Numbered from the stretch's first letter, positions 1 through 9,479 are shown. The stretch is DNA of 64,000 bases from an uncultured Acidobacteriota bacterium (GCA_902826795.1 CADEGD010000004.1:94155-158154); one strand, 5' to 3'. The notes: generated by a model from the letters alone, not told the origin. Numbers and translations are program-made.

Positions 1-1
1 T

Positions 2-121
2 CGTATGACATCTGACGAATGGATCGGTTCGTTGAAGTCTTGGGCGACCGGCATGCGCCTTGAATCACGAATTTCGAATGAAGACCTTAGGCGTGAAAAC
101 CTTTACGAAGACCGCACTTAA
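2..121 (+). CDS. type II antitoxin, C-terminal fragment (5' end outside the window)
   Basis: Frame is open from the window edge. Stop TAA 119-121 overlaps the ATG of the PIN gene by 1 nt (TAATG). Tail reads ...ISNEDLRRENLYEDRT. Sits directly upstream of a PIN toxin. Confidence 0.4.
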   Translation, partial: RMTSDEWIGSLKSWATGMRLESRISNEDLRRENLYEDRT

Positions 122-564
122 TGAGTTGGCTCATAGACACGAGCGTTCTTGTAAGAACGCTAGACGCAAATAGTTCTCAGCAATCAACTGCCATTGACGC
201 CCTCGCCCGGCTCCGTTCTCAGGACGAAACACTTTGCGTATTCGCCCAAAACTTGATCGAGTTTTGGGCAGTAGCGACCCGCCCGAAAGAAAGCAATGGC
301 CTGGGACTTTCAGTTAAAGAGGCCCGGTCCAGGCTTGATCAGATAAAGATCTTTTTCGTTTTAAAGAGTGACGACGAAACCGTTTTCGAGAATTGGGAAC
401 GAATCGTAGATAATTACGGCGTGCATGGAAAGACGGTTCACGATGCGCGTATCGTAGCCGCAGTGCAGACTAATGGCATCATCAATATCCTAACTTTCAA
501 CACCTCGGATTTCGCCCGATACTCAGAAATTATTCAAGCTGTTTCTCCGCAAGACATTAAATGA
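121..564 (+). CDS. vapC: PIN-domain toxin (VapC-like ribonuclease)
   Basis: 147 aa with an LIDTSVLV start typical of PIN domains and the expected size. Translationally coupled to the upstream antitoxin-like ORF. Confidence 0.8.
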   Translation: MSWLIDTSVLVRTLDANSSQQSTAIDALARLRSQDETLCVFAQNLIEFWAVATRPKESNGLGLSVKEARSRLDQIKIFFVLKSDDETVFENWERIVDNYGVHGKTVHDARIVAAVQTNGIINILTFNTSDFARYSEIIQAVSPQDIK

Positions 565-1739
565 CCACCAAACGCACACGCCTCGGCATTGAGGTACTTA
601 AGGAAGAAAAGACAAACATTCTCGCTGGCCAGCGGATCGGCTTGGTATGCAATCCCGCGTCCGTCATTCCGGACTTTCGTCACGCCGCAGACGTCTTCTT
701 CGAGCATCCCGACATCAACCTCACGGCGCTATTCGGCCCTCAGCATGGCATCCGCGGCGACGTGCAGTACAACATGATCGAGACGCCGCACGTGCGCGAT
801 TCGCGTACCGGCCTTATGGTCTATTCGCTCTACAGCGAGACGCGCGTGCCGACCGAAGAAATGTGCGATGAGATCGACACGTTCGTCGTCGATCTGCAAG
901 ACGTCGGCTGCCGCATCTATACTTACACTTACACGATGGCGTATTGCATGCAGGCCGCGGCAAAGTACGGCAAGCGCGTCGTCGTATGCGACCGACCGAA
1001 TCCGATCAACGGCGTTACGGTCGAGGGCAACGTAACCGAGAAAGAGTTCACGTCGTTCGTCGGCCAGTTCGAATTGCCGACCCGCCCCGGTATGACGATC
1101 GGAGAGATGGCGAAGATGTTCAACGAGCATTGGAACATCGGCTGCGATCTCGAGATCGTTGAGATGACGGGATGGCGCCGCGAGATGTGGCATGAAGACA
1201 CGGGCCTTCCGTGGATCCTCCCGTCGCCGAACATCCCGACGATCGACACCTGCGCCGTCTTCCCCGCAACCGTACATCTCGAAGGAACCGAATTGAGCGA
1301 AGGCCGCGGCACCACGATGCCGTTCGAGCTAAACGGCGCGCCGTATATCGACCCGTACGTGTGGGCGGCCGAGCTTCGCAAGTTCGACTTTCCCGGCGTC
1401 GCTTTTCGCGAATGTTATTTTCAACCCACGTTCTCTGAGTTCAAGGGCGAGACCTGCGGCGGCGTCGCTCTCCACGTCACCGACCGAACCGCCTTCACAC
1501 CCGTCGTTGTCGGTATCGCGATGGTCAAAACCGCCTACGACCTCTACCCCAACAACTTCCAGTGGCGCCAGAACGAATACGAATACGAGTTCGGCAAAAA
1601 CCCGTTCGATGTCGTGTGTGGTACGGATAAGATCAGGAAAGCGATCGAGGCCGGCTCGATATTCTCGGAGCTGGAATCGCTTGCCAAAACTGACCTCGCA
1701 AACTTTGAGAACCTAAGGCGAAATTATTTGCTCTATTGA
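561..1739 (+). CDS. namZ: DUF1343 family protein (NamZ/YbbC-like exo-beta-N-acetylmuramidase)
   Basis: 392 aa. By-eye DUF1343 blocks: GLVCNPASV, LFGPQHG, VVDLQDVGCRIYTY, CDRPNPING, LPSPNIPT. Its ATG overlaps the vapC stop (ATGA). Confidence 0.85.
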   Translation: MTTKRTRLGIEVLKEEKTNILAGQRIGLVCNPASVIPDFRHAADVFFEHPDINLTALFGPQHGIRGDVQYNMIETPHVRDSRTGLMVYSLYSETRVPTEEMCDEIDTFVVDLQDVGCRIYTYTYTMAYCMQAAAKYGKRVVVCDRPNPINGVTVEGNVTEKEFTSFVGQFELPTRPGMTIGEMAKMFNEHWNIGCDLEIVEMTGWRREMWHEDTGLPWILPSPNIPTIDTCAVFPATVHLEGTELSEGRGTTMPFELNGAPYIDPYVWAAELRKFDFPGVAFRECYFQPTFSEFKGETCGGVALHVTDRTAFTPVVVGIAMVKTAYDLYPNNFQWRQNEYEYEFGKNPFDVVCGTDKIRKAIEAGSIFSELESLAKTDLANFENLRRNYLLY

Positions 1740-1741
1740 TC

Positions 1742-1775
1742 TTGACGTAATAGTATTACTTATTGAGGTATTACT
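1742..1775 (+). promoter_or_regulatory. candidate vapBC promoter/operator
   Basis: TTGACG at 1742-1747. Inverted repeat GTAATA-G-TATTAC at 1747-1759. A third GTATTAC half-site at 1768-1774, one nt before ATG 1776. Confidence 0.3.
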
Positions 1776-2042
1776 ATGAAGCTAACCTCCAAATGTCAGG
1801 TTACTGTACCGCTTGCAGTTCGCGAGAAGCTCGGGCTCTTCCCAGGCTCCGAGGTTGAATTCGTGGTTGATGGAAAGTCCGCAAAGCTCGTTAAGTCGAA
1901 GAAAAAAAAAGGCGCCATGAGTCGCGGCGAGCGGATAGTCGCTCGTGCTATGGCCAATCCGGGAACGGCCAACTGGGACCTAACAACCGATCAGATAATG
2001 GCCTGGACGCGCGGATGGGGCGAAGATGATTTTGATCGATAG
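1776..2042 (+). CDS. vapB: AbrB/MazE/SpoVT-family antitoxin (VapB-like)
   Basis: 88 aa with the looped-hinge-helix-type start KCQVTVPLAVREKLGL..GSEVEF. Overlaps the downstream PIN gene by 17 nt. Confidence 0.85.
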   Translation: MKLTSKCQVTVPLAVREKLGLFPGSEVEFVVDGKSAKLVKSKKKKGAMSRGERIVARAMANPGTANWDLTTDQIMAWTRGWGEDDFDR

Positions 2043-2424
2043 CAACGTGCTGCTCGATCTTTACGACGAGAGATCAGAATGGCACGAATGGTCAACCTCG
2101 GCCCTGGCGTCTGTGGCTAACGAGACGACACTTGTGATCAACCCGATCATATACGCTGAGGTTTCCATTAAATTTAAGACGCCCGCTGAGTTCGATGCTG
2201 CATTCCCACCTGACGATTTTCTTCGGCGGGCTCTCCCATTTGCGGCCGCTTTCATCGCGGGAAAGGCACACATGGAATATCGGCGTCGCGGCGGCGTTCG
2301 AGCGGCGACGCTGCCCGACTTTTTTATCGGAGCTCACGCGTTGGTTGCAGGCTGTAGAATACTTACCCGCGATCCACGTCGCTTCCGCCGATACTTTCCA
2401 ACTGTGGAACTGATCGCACCATAG
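2026..2424 (+). CDS. vapC: PIN-domain toxin (VapC)
   Basis: 132 aa with an MILIDSNVLLD start, C-terminal ILTRDPRRF, and pairing with an AbrB-type antitoxin. Confidence 0.85.
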   Translation: MILIDSNVLLDLYDERSEWHEWSTSALASVANETTLVINPIIYAEVSIKFKTPAEFDAAFPPDDFLRRALPFAAAFIAGKAHMEYRRRGGVRAATLPDFFIGAHALVAGCRILTRDPRRFRRYFPTVELIAP

Positions 2425-2426
2425 AC

Positions 2427-3632
2427 TCACCTTCGAAACCTAAAAAACTCATCCAACGAATGCTTCTTTCCTTTTAGCATTCGGGACACCATTTCCATTC
2501 CAATTACTGAGAACGTGATGCCGTTGCCGCCGAAGCCGAGGACGAAATAGGCGCTGGGGAAGTTTGGATGTTTGCCAATGTAGGGCAGACCGTCTTTTGT
2601 TTCGCCGAAGGTTCCGGCCCATGCGAAATCGGTTCGGAAGGGTGTTTCGGGGAAGAGTTTCACGATCTGCTTTTCGAGCTTCGCGGCTTTTTCCGACAGC
2701 ATGGCGTCGCGCTTTTCCGCGTCGATAAATTCTTCATCTTCACCGCCGATCAGCATTCGGCCGTCGTCCGTTGTGCGCAGATAAATGTAAGGGTCAGCGG
2801 TATTCCAGAACAGCATGTCGTCGAGTTTGGAAGGCCGATCGCGCGACACCTCGCCGACTATCGCATACGTCGAAAGCAGGTCGACAAATTTATCCTTAAC
2901 TACCTCTACACTCTCGAAACCGTTGCAATAAATGATCCGTCGGGCGTAAATCTTGTTGCCGTGTTCGGTCAACGCGGTAACGCCGGACGGTCGATGATCG
3001 ACCTCTTCGACCTCCGTTTTGTCATAGATCTTAAGGCCGCGTTTCGCGTTGTAGGCGAGCAGGTCGTGCGTAAATTGAAACGCGTCCATGCTTCCGCCCT
3101 GCTCCGACAAGATCCCGCCGTGGGCACCGCGAAGGCCGTATTCAGCTTCGATCTCGTCCGCCTCGATCCACTTGACCGGAAACCCATGTTTCTCACGCGC
3201 GGCAAACTCATGTTTTAGATCAGCGACATCTTTTTTCAGCGCGGCAAAGTAAAGCGATCTCTTTTTCTTGAACCCGCACTTCGACCTGATGCGCTTTATC
3301 AAACGGCCGAGCGTATCGATAGAATCGAAACAAGCACGATAGCTGGCCACCGCGCCTTCTTCACCGATCATCTCGATCAGTTCATATAGCGGCTTATCTA
3401 TCTCGTATTGCAGCATAGAGGTCGTCGCCGAAGAGCTCCCGTGAGCGATCTCACGACGATCGACCAACATCGTGTCAAACCCATCTTCCACACATTGATG
3501 CGCGATCAGGCTGCCCGTTATACCGCCGCCAACAATCAGCACGTCGGCACGAACATCGTCGCGCAGCGATGGATATGAATTGATCAGGCCGTTCTTTACC
3601 AGCCAGAAAGGTTCGTTCGAGCGAAGTTTCAT
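2427..3632 (-). CDS. FAD-dependent oxidoreductase (DAO family)
   Basis: 401 aa with dinucleotide-binding VLIVGGGITGS near the N-terminus and a C-terminal GFGGNG. Confidence 0.85.
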   Translation of the reverse strand: MKLRSNEPFWLVKNGLINSYPSLRDDVRADVLIVGGGITGSLIAHQCVEDGFDTMLVDRREIAHGSSSATTSMLQYEIDKPLYELIEMIGEEGAVASYRACFDSIDTLGRLIKRIRSKCGFKKKRSLYFAALKKDVADLKHEFAAREKHGFPVKWIEADEIEAEYGLRGAHGGILSEQGGSMDAFQFTHDLLAYNAKRGLKIYDKTEVEEVDHRPSGVTALTEHGNKIYARRIIYCNGFESVEVVKDKFVDLLSTYAIVGEVSRDRPSKLDDMLFWNTADPYIYLRTTDDGRMLIGGEDEEFIDAEKRDAMLSEKAAKLEKQIVKLFPETPFRTDFAWAGTFGETKDGLPYIGKHPNFPSAYFVLGFGGNGITFSVIGMEMVSRMLKGKKHSLDEFFRFRR

Positions 3633-3660
3633 CAGGGAAAATGCCAGCTCTTTTCAAAAA

Positions 3661-4808
3661 CTAATCAAATAGCCGGACGTATGGATCGAAAACAAAGACT
3701 TGACGCCTTTCGTTACCGGTGATTTCCTTCAAATAACCATGCTCACTCAGAATATTCACCAAATTGCCGGCAGCCATTTTGCCTAACCCGCACAGTTCCG
3801 CAACCTCGGCCCTCGTTACAACAGGGTCTTTGAAAAGATGCCTGAAAAGAGCAATCGCAGATGTGCTTCGTCGCCCGAGCCTGTCACCTAGTTCGGTTTC
3901 GAGTGTAGTTTTCAGCTCTAGGACTTTGCGAAGCGTCTCCACAGCCTGATTTGCAGTTTGTTCGACTCCGACTAGGAAATACTTGATCCAGCCGGTCATG
4001 TCATTTTTATCTCGAACCTTCGTCAAATTGTCGTAGTAAAGAGTCTTGTTCTTTTCAAAGAAAGTCGATAGATACAGCAGGGGACTTTCAAGGATATTTT
4101 CACTCACCAAGTAGAGGGTAATAAGTAAACGGCCGATTCGTCCATTTCCATCAAGGAACGGATGTATGGTTTCGAACTGATAGTGGGCTATCGCGATACG
4201 CACCAATGCGGGCACGTGAACACCCCGATTGTGGAGAAACTTTTCAAGGTCGCTCATCAGGTCGCCTACATACTGATGAGCGGGCGGTATAAATGCCGCG
4301 TCAGCTAATGACGCTCCCCCGATCCAGTTCTGACTTGAGCGAAACTCACCAGGCAGTTTTTGCTCCCCCTAACACCGTCCAATAGATCCGCGTGTGCCTC
4401 GCGTAACAGTCTCGACGATAGCGGGAGTTTGTCTAACTTTGCGGTGGCATTATTGAGCGCACTTGTATAATTTTGTACCTCGCGCCAATCGTCCCTATTT
4501 TCCGGCTTGATTTCGGATTCGGGAAGCAATGCTTCATTCATAGTCGTTTGGGTTCCCTCGATCCGACTGGAAACGACTGCTTCTTTTGTGACGTGTAGGT
4601 GGATGAAAAGATCGATGTTAGGAACTAGTTTCGCAAACGAGTTGAGTTCGCCGAGCTTAATCGAAGCGCGTTCGAGAAGTTCATTCAGTGTGCCGTCGTT
4701 CCATTGCCACTGAAGGTTGATCCTGGTAGGAACGAAATATTGGTAGTCATAGCCCTTCTCCAGATGCCCCGAAACAAAGTCTTCCAGTTGTAATCCTTCT
4801 TGATTCAT
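3661..4808 (-). pseudogene. class II Fic-family protein with C-terminal wHTH, interrupted by one frameshift
   Basis: ORFs 4305..4808 and 3661..4257 are the two halves. The inhibitory motif SSRIEG is in the first half. The shifted frame reads GEQKLPGEFRSSQNWIGG..IPPAHQYVGDLMSDLEKFL and runs into the second half, which holds the active site HPFLDGNGRIGR. The frames switch in a C5 run at 4365-4369. Confidence 0.8.
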
Positions 4809-4809
4809 A

Positions 4810-4879
4810 AAGTATACTTAATTTGGTCGAAGTATACTTTAACTGCCTAAAGTATACCTAGCAGGTAATAAGTATATCT
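4810..4879. promoter_or_regulatory. operator-like array of four phased 10-bp palindromes AAGTATACTT
   Basis: Boxes at 4810-4819 and 4830-4839 (both perfect), 4850-4859 (AAGTATACCT) and 4870-4879 (AAGTATATCT). Spacing is exactly 20 bp. The array fills the 71-bp gap upstream of the fic ATG (4808). Confidence 0.55.
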
Positions 4880-5464
4880 TTACTTTCGCTGGTCCAACGC
4901 CTTCAGTACCCGCTCGCCTCTGGGCGACAGGCGATAACCGACTTCGAGACTCTCGGTCAATCCGAGGGCTTTTAGTTTACGGACCCACGGCTTGAAATCG
5001 GCCTGCGAGATGCCGAGGTAGTTGGCGAGCAGGCCGGAGTAGGTCGCGGGCATTGAGTCGATCACTTCGAGATACGAACGCGTCCACGCACCGCGTTTGC
5101 TGGTGCGGTCCATCTTGTGGAGCTTGGCGATGATCTCCGCAAGTTCTTCCTCACTCAGATCGTCGCTCAACCGCAGTGCGATCCGCGGATCTTCGCCGAT
5201 CCATCTAACGCCGATGCGGTATATCGGATCTTCGCGGTAATTGAGGTTTTCGATCAACACGTCACGAGACTCATAGCCCGCGGCAGCCGCATCTTCTGAA
5301 GTGATCTCGTCCTCCAAAACGACCGCGACCGAATCGACACCGACCACGCCACCCTGCGTCATCTGCGTTCCGCCGGCTTTCGCACCCGGCCGCGACCAGC
5401 GCCGAAAAAGGACGGTGATCTCTCCCGTCCTAATCCGTTCTATGACCTCGTCTTTAATTAACAT
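4880..5464 (-). CDS. ASCH/PUA-like domain protein with winged-helix-like C-terminus
   Basis: 194 aa from ATG 5462-5464. The longer track ORF to 5599 overlaps the upstream gene. The ATG overlaps the upstream stop (TAATG). The family call is from memory of actinobacterial ASCH proteins (ITVLFRRWSRP..). Confidence 0.55.
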   Translation of the reverse strand: MLIKDEVIERIRTGEITVLFRRWSRPGAKAGGTQMTQGGVVGVDSVAVVLEDEITSEDAAAAGYESRDVLIENLNYREDPIYRIGVRWIGEDPRIALRLSDDLSEEELAEIIAKLHKMDRTSKRGAWTRSYLEVIDSMPATYSGLLANYLGISQADFKPWVRKLKALGLTESLEVGYRLSPRGERVLKALDQRK

Positions 5465-6414
5465 TACTCTTTGCCGAGCGTCCAGAGGTCGTTCGAGTAG
5501 ATGAATTCGACCTGATCCGGCGTGCCGCCGTACTTGCCGCCGGTCATGTAGATCTTGTTGTCGAACACGACAGCGGCAATTCCACCTCGCGGCGACCACG
5601 GAGCCCGCTCAGCCGTCCAGGTTTTGCCGTCGCCGCTGGCAAGTACCTCACTTGCGAATCGTCCATTGCGATTGCAGCCGAGCAGCCAGATCTTGCCGTC
5701 GAAAACAATGGCCGTGTAGCCGAAGATTTCTTCACCCTTGACGATCTCATTCGTCACGAGCTTCCAATCGAGACCATCGGTCGACGACCACACGTCATTG
5801 TTCAACAGATAAAGAGTGCCGTTCAACTCAACGATCTGACTGCCGCTCCGCTTCCCGAAACCGGCCGCCTCTCGCCGCTTGGTCCAGGTAATACCGTCGG
5901 CAGAATTCCATATGTCGCCGAATTTTGTCGCCTTATCCTCGCCGCCGATGATCCAGATCTTGTCCTTGAAAACGAACGGCCGATAGAAGAATCGTTTCGG
6001 CAGATTGCTGCTCGTTGAGATCGTTTCCCACTTCTGAAAGTCGCTCGTCCGAAAGATGTCAGGCCGAAAGGTGAACTGCTCGATATTGCCGTCAAAGTAT
6101 CCTAGCCCGTAGACAGCACCTTTAAACTGAACGTAGTCGAGAAAGGCGTGATTGTTGATCGCATTCGAGAGCGGCATTTTGACCCATGCTTTTCCGGTGG
6201 AACTCTGCCATGTACCGTCCGGATGGAACATGAGAAGTCGTCCGTCTATCGAGAATATCTGGAAGTTATAGCTCTTAGCCCACGGCCCCTCGTCCAGAAG
6301 CTTCGTCCAGACCATACCTCCACTGACTGCCGGTGTTGGATCGCGTAAAACTTGAGCTTGAGAACAGGCTGTCACGGTGAAGGCGATTACAACCAGGAAA
6401 ACGTACCTTCTCAT
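5464..6414 (-). CDS. Kelch-type beta-propeller lipoprotein
   Basis: 316 aa. Signal peptide with lipobox VTAC. Repeated blade motifs IWIIGGED, LYLLNND, IWLLGCN and IYMTGGKYG. Confidence 0.75.
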   Translation of the reverse strand: MRRYVFLVVIAFTVTACSQAQVLRDPTPAVSGGMVWTKLLDEGPWAKSYNFQIFSIDGRLLMFHPDGTWQSSTGKAWVKMPLSNAINNHAFLDYVQFKGAVYGLGYFDGNIEQFTFRPDIFRTSDFQKWETISTSSNLPKRFFYRPFVFKDKIWIIGGEDKATKFGDIWNSADGITWTKRREAAGFGKRSGSQIVELNGTLYLLNNDVWSSTDGLDWKLVTNEIVKGEEIFGYTAIVFDGKIWLLGCNRNGRFASEVLASGDGKTWTAERAPWSPRGGIAAVVFDNKIYMTGGKYGGTPDQVEFIYSNDLWTLGKE

Positions 6415-6479
6415 ATGAAAACTACCTCCAGAGAATAGTTCGTCAAGCTAGGGTCGTTCGGGTATCAGCCAGGCTCCTA

Positions 6480-7859
6480 TCAACCGCAGCCGCCTATCTT
6501 CAGCAACCCGCCGCCTTTCATCAGCGTGATCTTTTCCGAATCACCGTCCGCCTTGATATCGACAAACTTTTCGATCCGGTTAGCGTGCCCCACGTTGTAA
6601 TCGTAATCTTCGTAATAGTTCGTCGTAGTCAGCACGCCGTTGACCATCTCTGTTGTCGAGCCGCGGTCGGCTCGGCCGCTGTGCCGCGAGGTGAAATTGT
6701 GAAAGACCTGAACGAAATATCGGCCCGGCTTCAGGTCCTGAAAATAGAACCGTCCCTCGCCGTTCGCGATAAGGTCGATCCGATAGCTTACCGCTTCGTT
6801 CGACATAAATATCCCAGTGTTTTTGCCTTCCTTCTTTTCCCGCAACTGATACCAGGTTTCGAGATAAGGCGTGACGGGAAACAAACTTACTCGCGCTCCG
6901 CTCGCTCTGAAGATTCCACCCTTATACTTCGTGCAGACGATGCCCTCGATGGCCGAGTTTCCACGAGCGAAAGCCGCCCGAGCAGTATCAGGGTTAAATG
7001 AGGCAGTCGAATAGAACCCACGACGCGGCTGCGGTGTCGGCTTCGTTCCGCCGAGCTGCGTATACGTTCTGCGATCGGTCTTCGCCTTCTCAAAATCCAT
7101 GACCGCCTCGTAAGCGTTCGCTCGCTCGAAATAAACGTTCACCATGGTCTTCGGATCACCGTTGATCGCAGACGTAAAATCGTTGATCGCCATCGAATAC
7201 TCTTCGAGATTTGCGTACGCGATACCGCGATTGAAGTAGGCGTCGAGATTCTTCGGCGACTGGTTAACGTCCAGCGTGTAGGCCGCGATCGCTCGTCGAT
7301 AGTCAGCAAAAGCATCCAACGTGCGGCCTGCCTTATACTGCGCGACGCCGCGATTTAGATACACACCCGATTGCCGCGGGTCGAGCGAGATAGCCGCCGT
7401 ATAATCTGCCACCGCCAACACGGCCTGACCGGCCTCGCCCCTCATGTCGCCGCGGCGGACGTAATACTTCGGGTCTTTGGGTGTAAGCTCGATCGCCCGC
7501 GTATAGTCGACGTCGGCCGTCAAATAATCTTTCTGAAGCCAGTAAATGCTCGCCCGGTTCGCGTAAAGATCGGCGTCTTTAGGGGCCAGCGAAATGCCCT
7601 TGGTAAAGTCAGCGATGGCAAGTTCGTATCGAGACGTTCTTTTGTAGACGATGCCCCGATTATTGTAGGCGTCAACGTAACGCGGGTTTAGCTCGATCGC
7701 CCTTGTATACTCGACGACCGCATCGTCATACCGGGCCGCCGTCAAATGATCGTTGCCTCTGTCGTAATGTGTTTCGGCAGCGCCGGGCTTAGACTGAGCT
7801 ACGACCGACAGAAGTGCAAAAGCGGTAAAAAACGCCGCGAGAAGAGATCTTTGAAACAT
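6480..7859 (-). CDS. secreted TPR-repeat protein with C-terminal beta-sandwich domain
   Basis: 459 aa from ATG 7859, with signal peptide MFQRSLLAAFFTAFALLSVVAQS. At least six TPR units (AYNNRG, LYANRA, VYLNRG, AYFNRG). Confidence 0.8.
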   Translation of the reverse strand: MFQRSLLAAFFTAFALLSVVAQSKPGAAETHYDRGNDHLTAARYDDAVVEYTRAIELNPRYVDAYNNRGIVYKRTSRYELAIADFTKGISLAPKDADLYANRASIYWLQKDYLTADVDYTRAIELTPKDPKYYVRRGDMRGEAGQAVLAVADYTAAISLDPRQSGVYLNRGVAQYKAGRTLDAFADYRRAIAAYTLDVNQSPKNLDAYFNRGIAYANLEEYSMAINDFTSAINGDPKTMVNVYFERANAYEAVMDFEKAKTDRRTYTQLGGTKPTPQPRRGFYSTASFNPDTARAAFARGNSAIEGIVCTKYKGGIFRASGARVSLFPVTPYLETWYQLREKKEGKNTGIFMSNEAVSYRIDLIANGEGRFYFQDLKPGRYFVQVFHNFTSRHSGRADRGSTTEMVNGVLTTTNYYEDYDYNVGHANRIEKFVDIKADGDSEKITLMKGGGLLKIGGCG

Positions 7860-7961
7860 AGGTAAAACTTGATGAATCCCGAAGTTATGAACGAAGCCCT
7901 GATTTGAAGACGTTGGCGGGACAATAGGATGTGCCGCCAACAAATATAACATCGCGGTTTT

Positions 7962-9479
7962 CTAAAACCAACTACTTTTCGACTTCGACTTGCCGCCGAA
8001 GATGCTGCCCAGCACGCCGCGAACGATCGTATTCCCGATCTGTCGGCCTATCGATGAAGACGCCGACCGAGCTACGCTTTTCGTGATCGATTCAACCATC
8101 GTGTCCGGTGCTCGGGCAGCCGCACGTTCCGCCTTTTCGGCTTCCTTCTGGGCCTTCGCTTCGGCCTTGGCTTGTTCTGCCGCGGCAGCTTCGGCCGCTG
8201 ATGCTTCGGCCTTGGCCGACAATATCTCGAATGCCGACTCGCGATCTACGGCCGTCTCGTATTGCCCCGCTACGAGCGATCCGGTAAGCAATCCCGCACG
8301 CTGCTCCGGCGTGATCGGGCCGAGGTGGCTCAGCGGCGGAACGATGAATCCGCGATTCACGACCGTCGGCGTGCCCTTTTCGTCGAGCATCGATATGAGC
8401 GCTTCGCCTACGCCGAGTTCCGTTATTACCTGAACGGTGTCGAGATCGGGATTTGCACGAAAACTTTTCGCCGCGATCTTTACCGCCTCCTGCTCTTTCG
8501 GCGTGTACGCGCGAAGCGCGTGCTGAACGCGATTGCCGAGCTGTGCGAGCACCTTGTCCGGAATGTCGGCCGGGCTTTGTGTGATGAAATAAACGCCGAC
8601 GCCCTTTGAGCGTATCAGCCTGACGACCTGTTCGATCTTGTCGATCAAAGCCGTTGGCGTATCGTTAAATAGAAGATGTGCTTCGTCGAAAAAGAATACG
8701 AACTTCGGCTTCTCGACATCGCCAACCTCAGGCAGGTTCTCGAAGAGTTCCGACAATATCCAGAGCAGGAAAGTTGAATAGATCTTCGGCGCGTTTATCA
8801 GATCGTCTGCCGCAAGCAGGTTGACCACACCTTTGCCCGAAAGCGACTGCATGAAATCGTCCAGCTTCACGGCCGGCTCGCCAAAGAAATTGTCGCCGCC
8901 CTGCGTCTCAAGCTGCAGCAACCCGCGGCGGATCGCTCCGACTGAAGCGCCCGAGACGTTGCCGTAGGTCTTCGAGAGTTCGTCCTTATTTTCGTCCACC
9001 CACGACAGCAAGGCGTTCAGATCTTTCAAGTCGAGCAGCAGCCAGCCGTTCTCGTCTGCCGCCTTAAAGGCGATCGTGAGCACGCCTTCCTGCGTTTCGT
9101 TGAGCTGTAGCAGCCGCGAGATCATCAGCGGGCCCATCTCCGATATCGTCGACCGCAGCGGATGGCCCTGCTTTTGGAACACGTCCCACAGCGTCACTGG
9201 CAAACCCTCGAATACCGGATTCTCGATGCCGAGCGCTTTGTTCCGGTCGTCGACCTTCGCGTTCCCGCCGCCGGCTTGGCTGATGCCGGTCAGGTCGCCC
9301 TTGATGTCGGCCATAAACACTGGCACGCCGATCCGCGAAAAACCCTCTGCCAGCTTCTGCAGCGTCACGGTCTTGCCGGTACCGGTCGCGCCCGTTATTA
9401 CGCCGTGTCTGTTCGCCATCTGCGGCAGCAGGTAAAACTCCGCCGCATCCTTTTTTGCTACGAGAATTGGATCTGCCAT
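7962..9479 (-). CDS. HerA-like / DUF853 P-loop NTPase (YjgR family)
   Basis: 505 aa from ATG 9479. Walker A GATGTGKT, Walker B-like FVFFFDEAH, and an Ala/Glu/Lys-rich tail. Confidence 0.85.
   Translation of the reverse strand: MADPILVAKKDAAEFYLLPQMANRHGVITGATGTGKTVTLQKLAEGFSRIGVPVFMADIKGDLTGISQAGGGNAKVDDRNKALGIENPVFEGLPVTLWDVFQKQGHPLRSTISEMGPLMISRLLQLNETQEGVLTIAFKAADENGWLLLDLKDLNALLSWVDENKDELSKTYGNVSGASVGAIRRGLLQLETQGGDNFFGEPAVKLDDFMQSLSGKGVVNLLAADDLINAPKIYSTFLLWILSELFENLPEVGDVEKPKFVFFFDEAHLLFNDTPTALIDKIEQVVRLIRSKGVGVYFITQSPADIPDKVLAQLGNRVQHALRAYTPKEQEAVKIAAKSFRANPDLDTVQVITELGVGEALISMLDEKGTPTVVNRGFIVPPLSHLGPITPEQRAGLLTGSLVAGQYETAVDRESAFEILSAKAEASAAEAAAAEQAKAEAKAQKEAEKAERAAARAPDTMVESITKSVARSASSSIGRQIGNTIVRGVLGSIFGGKSKSKSSWF

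Noticed and set aside
5465-5599. N-terminal extensions given by the ORF track for several genes (4880..5599, 6480..7952, 26185.., 39404..40117, 44925.., 46244..47806, 54780..55577, 55298..56020, 56096..)
   Set aside because: The extensions overlap the neighbouring gene or lack signal-peptide and SD logic. Internal ATGs give proper signal peptides, SD sequences or TAATG/ATGA coupling, so the shorter coordinates were used.
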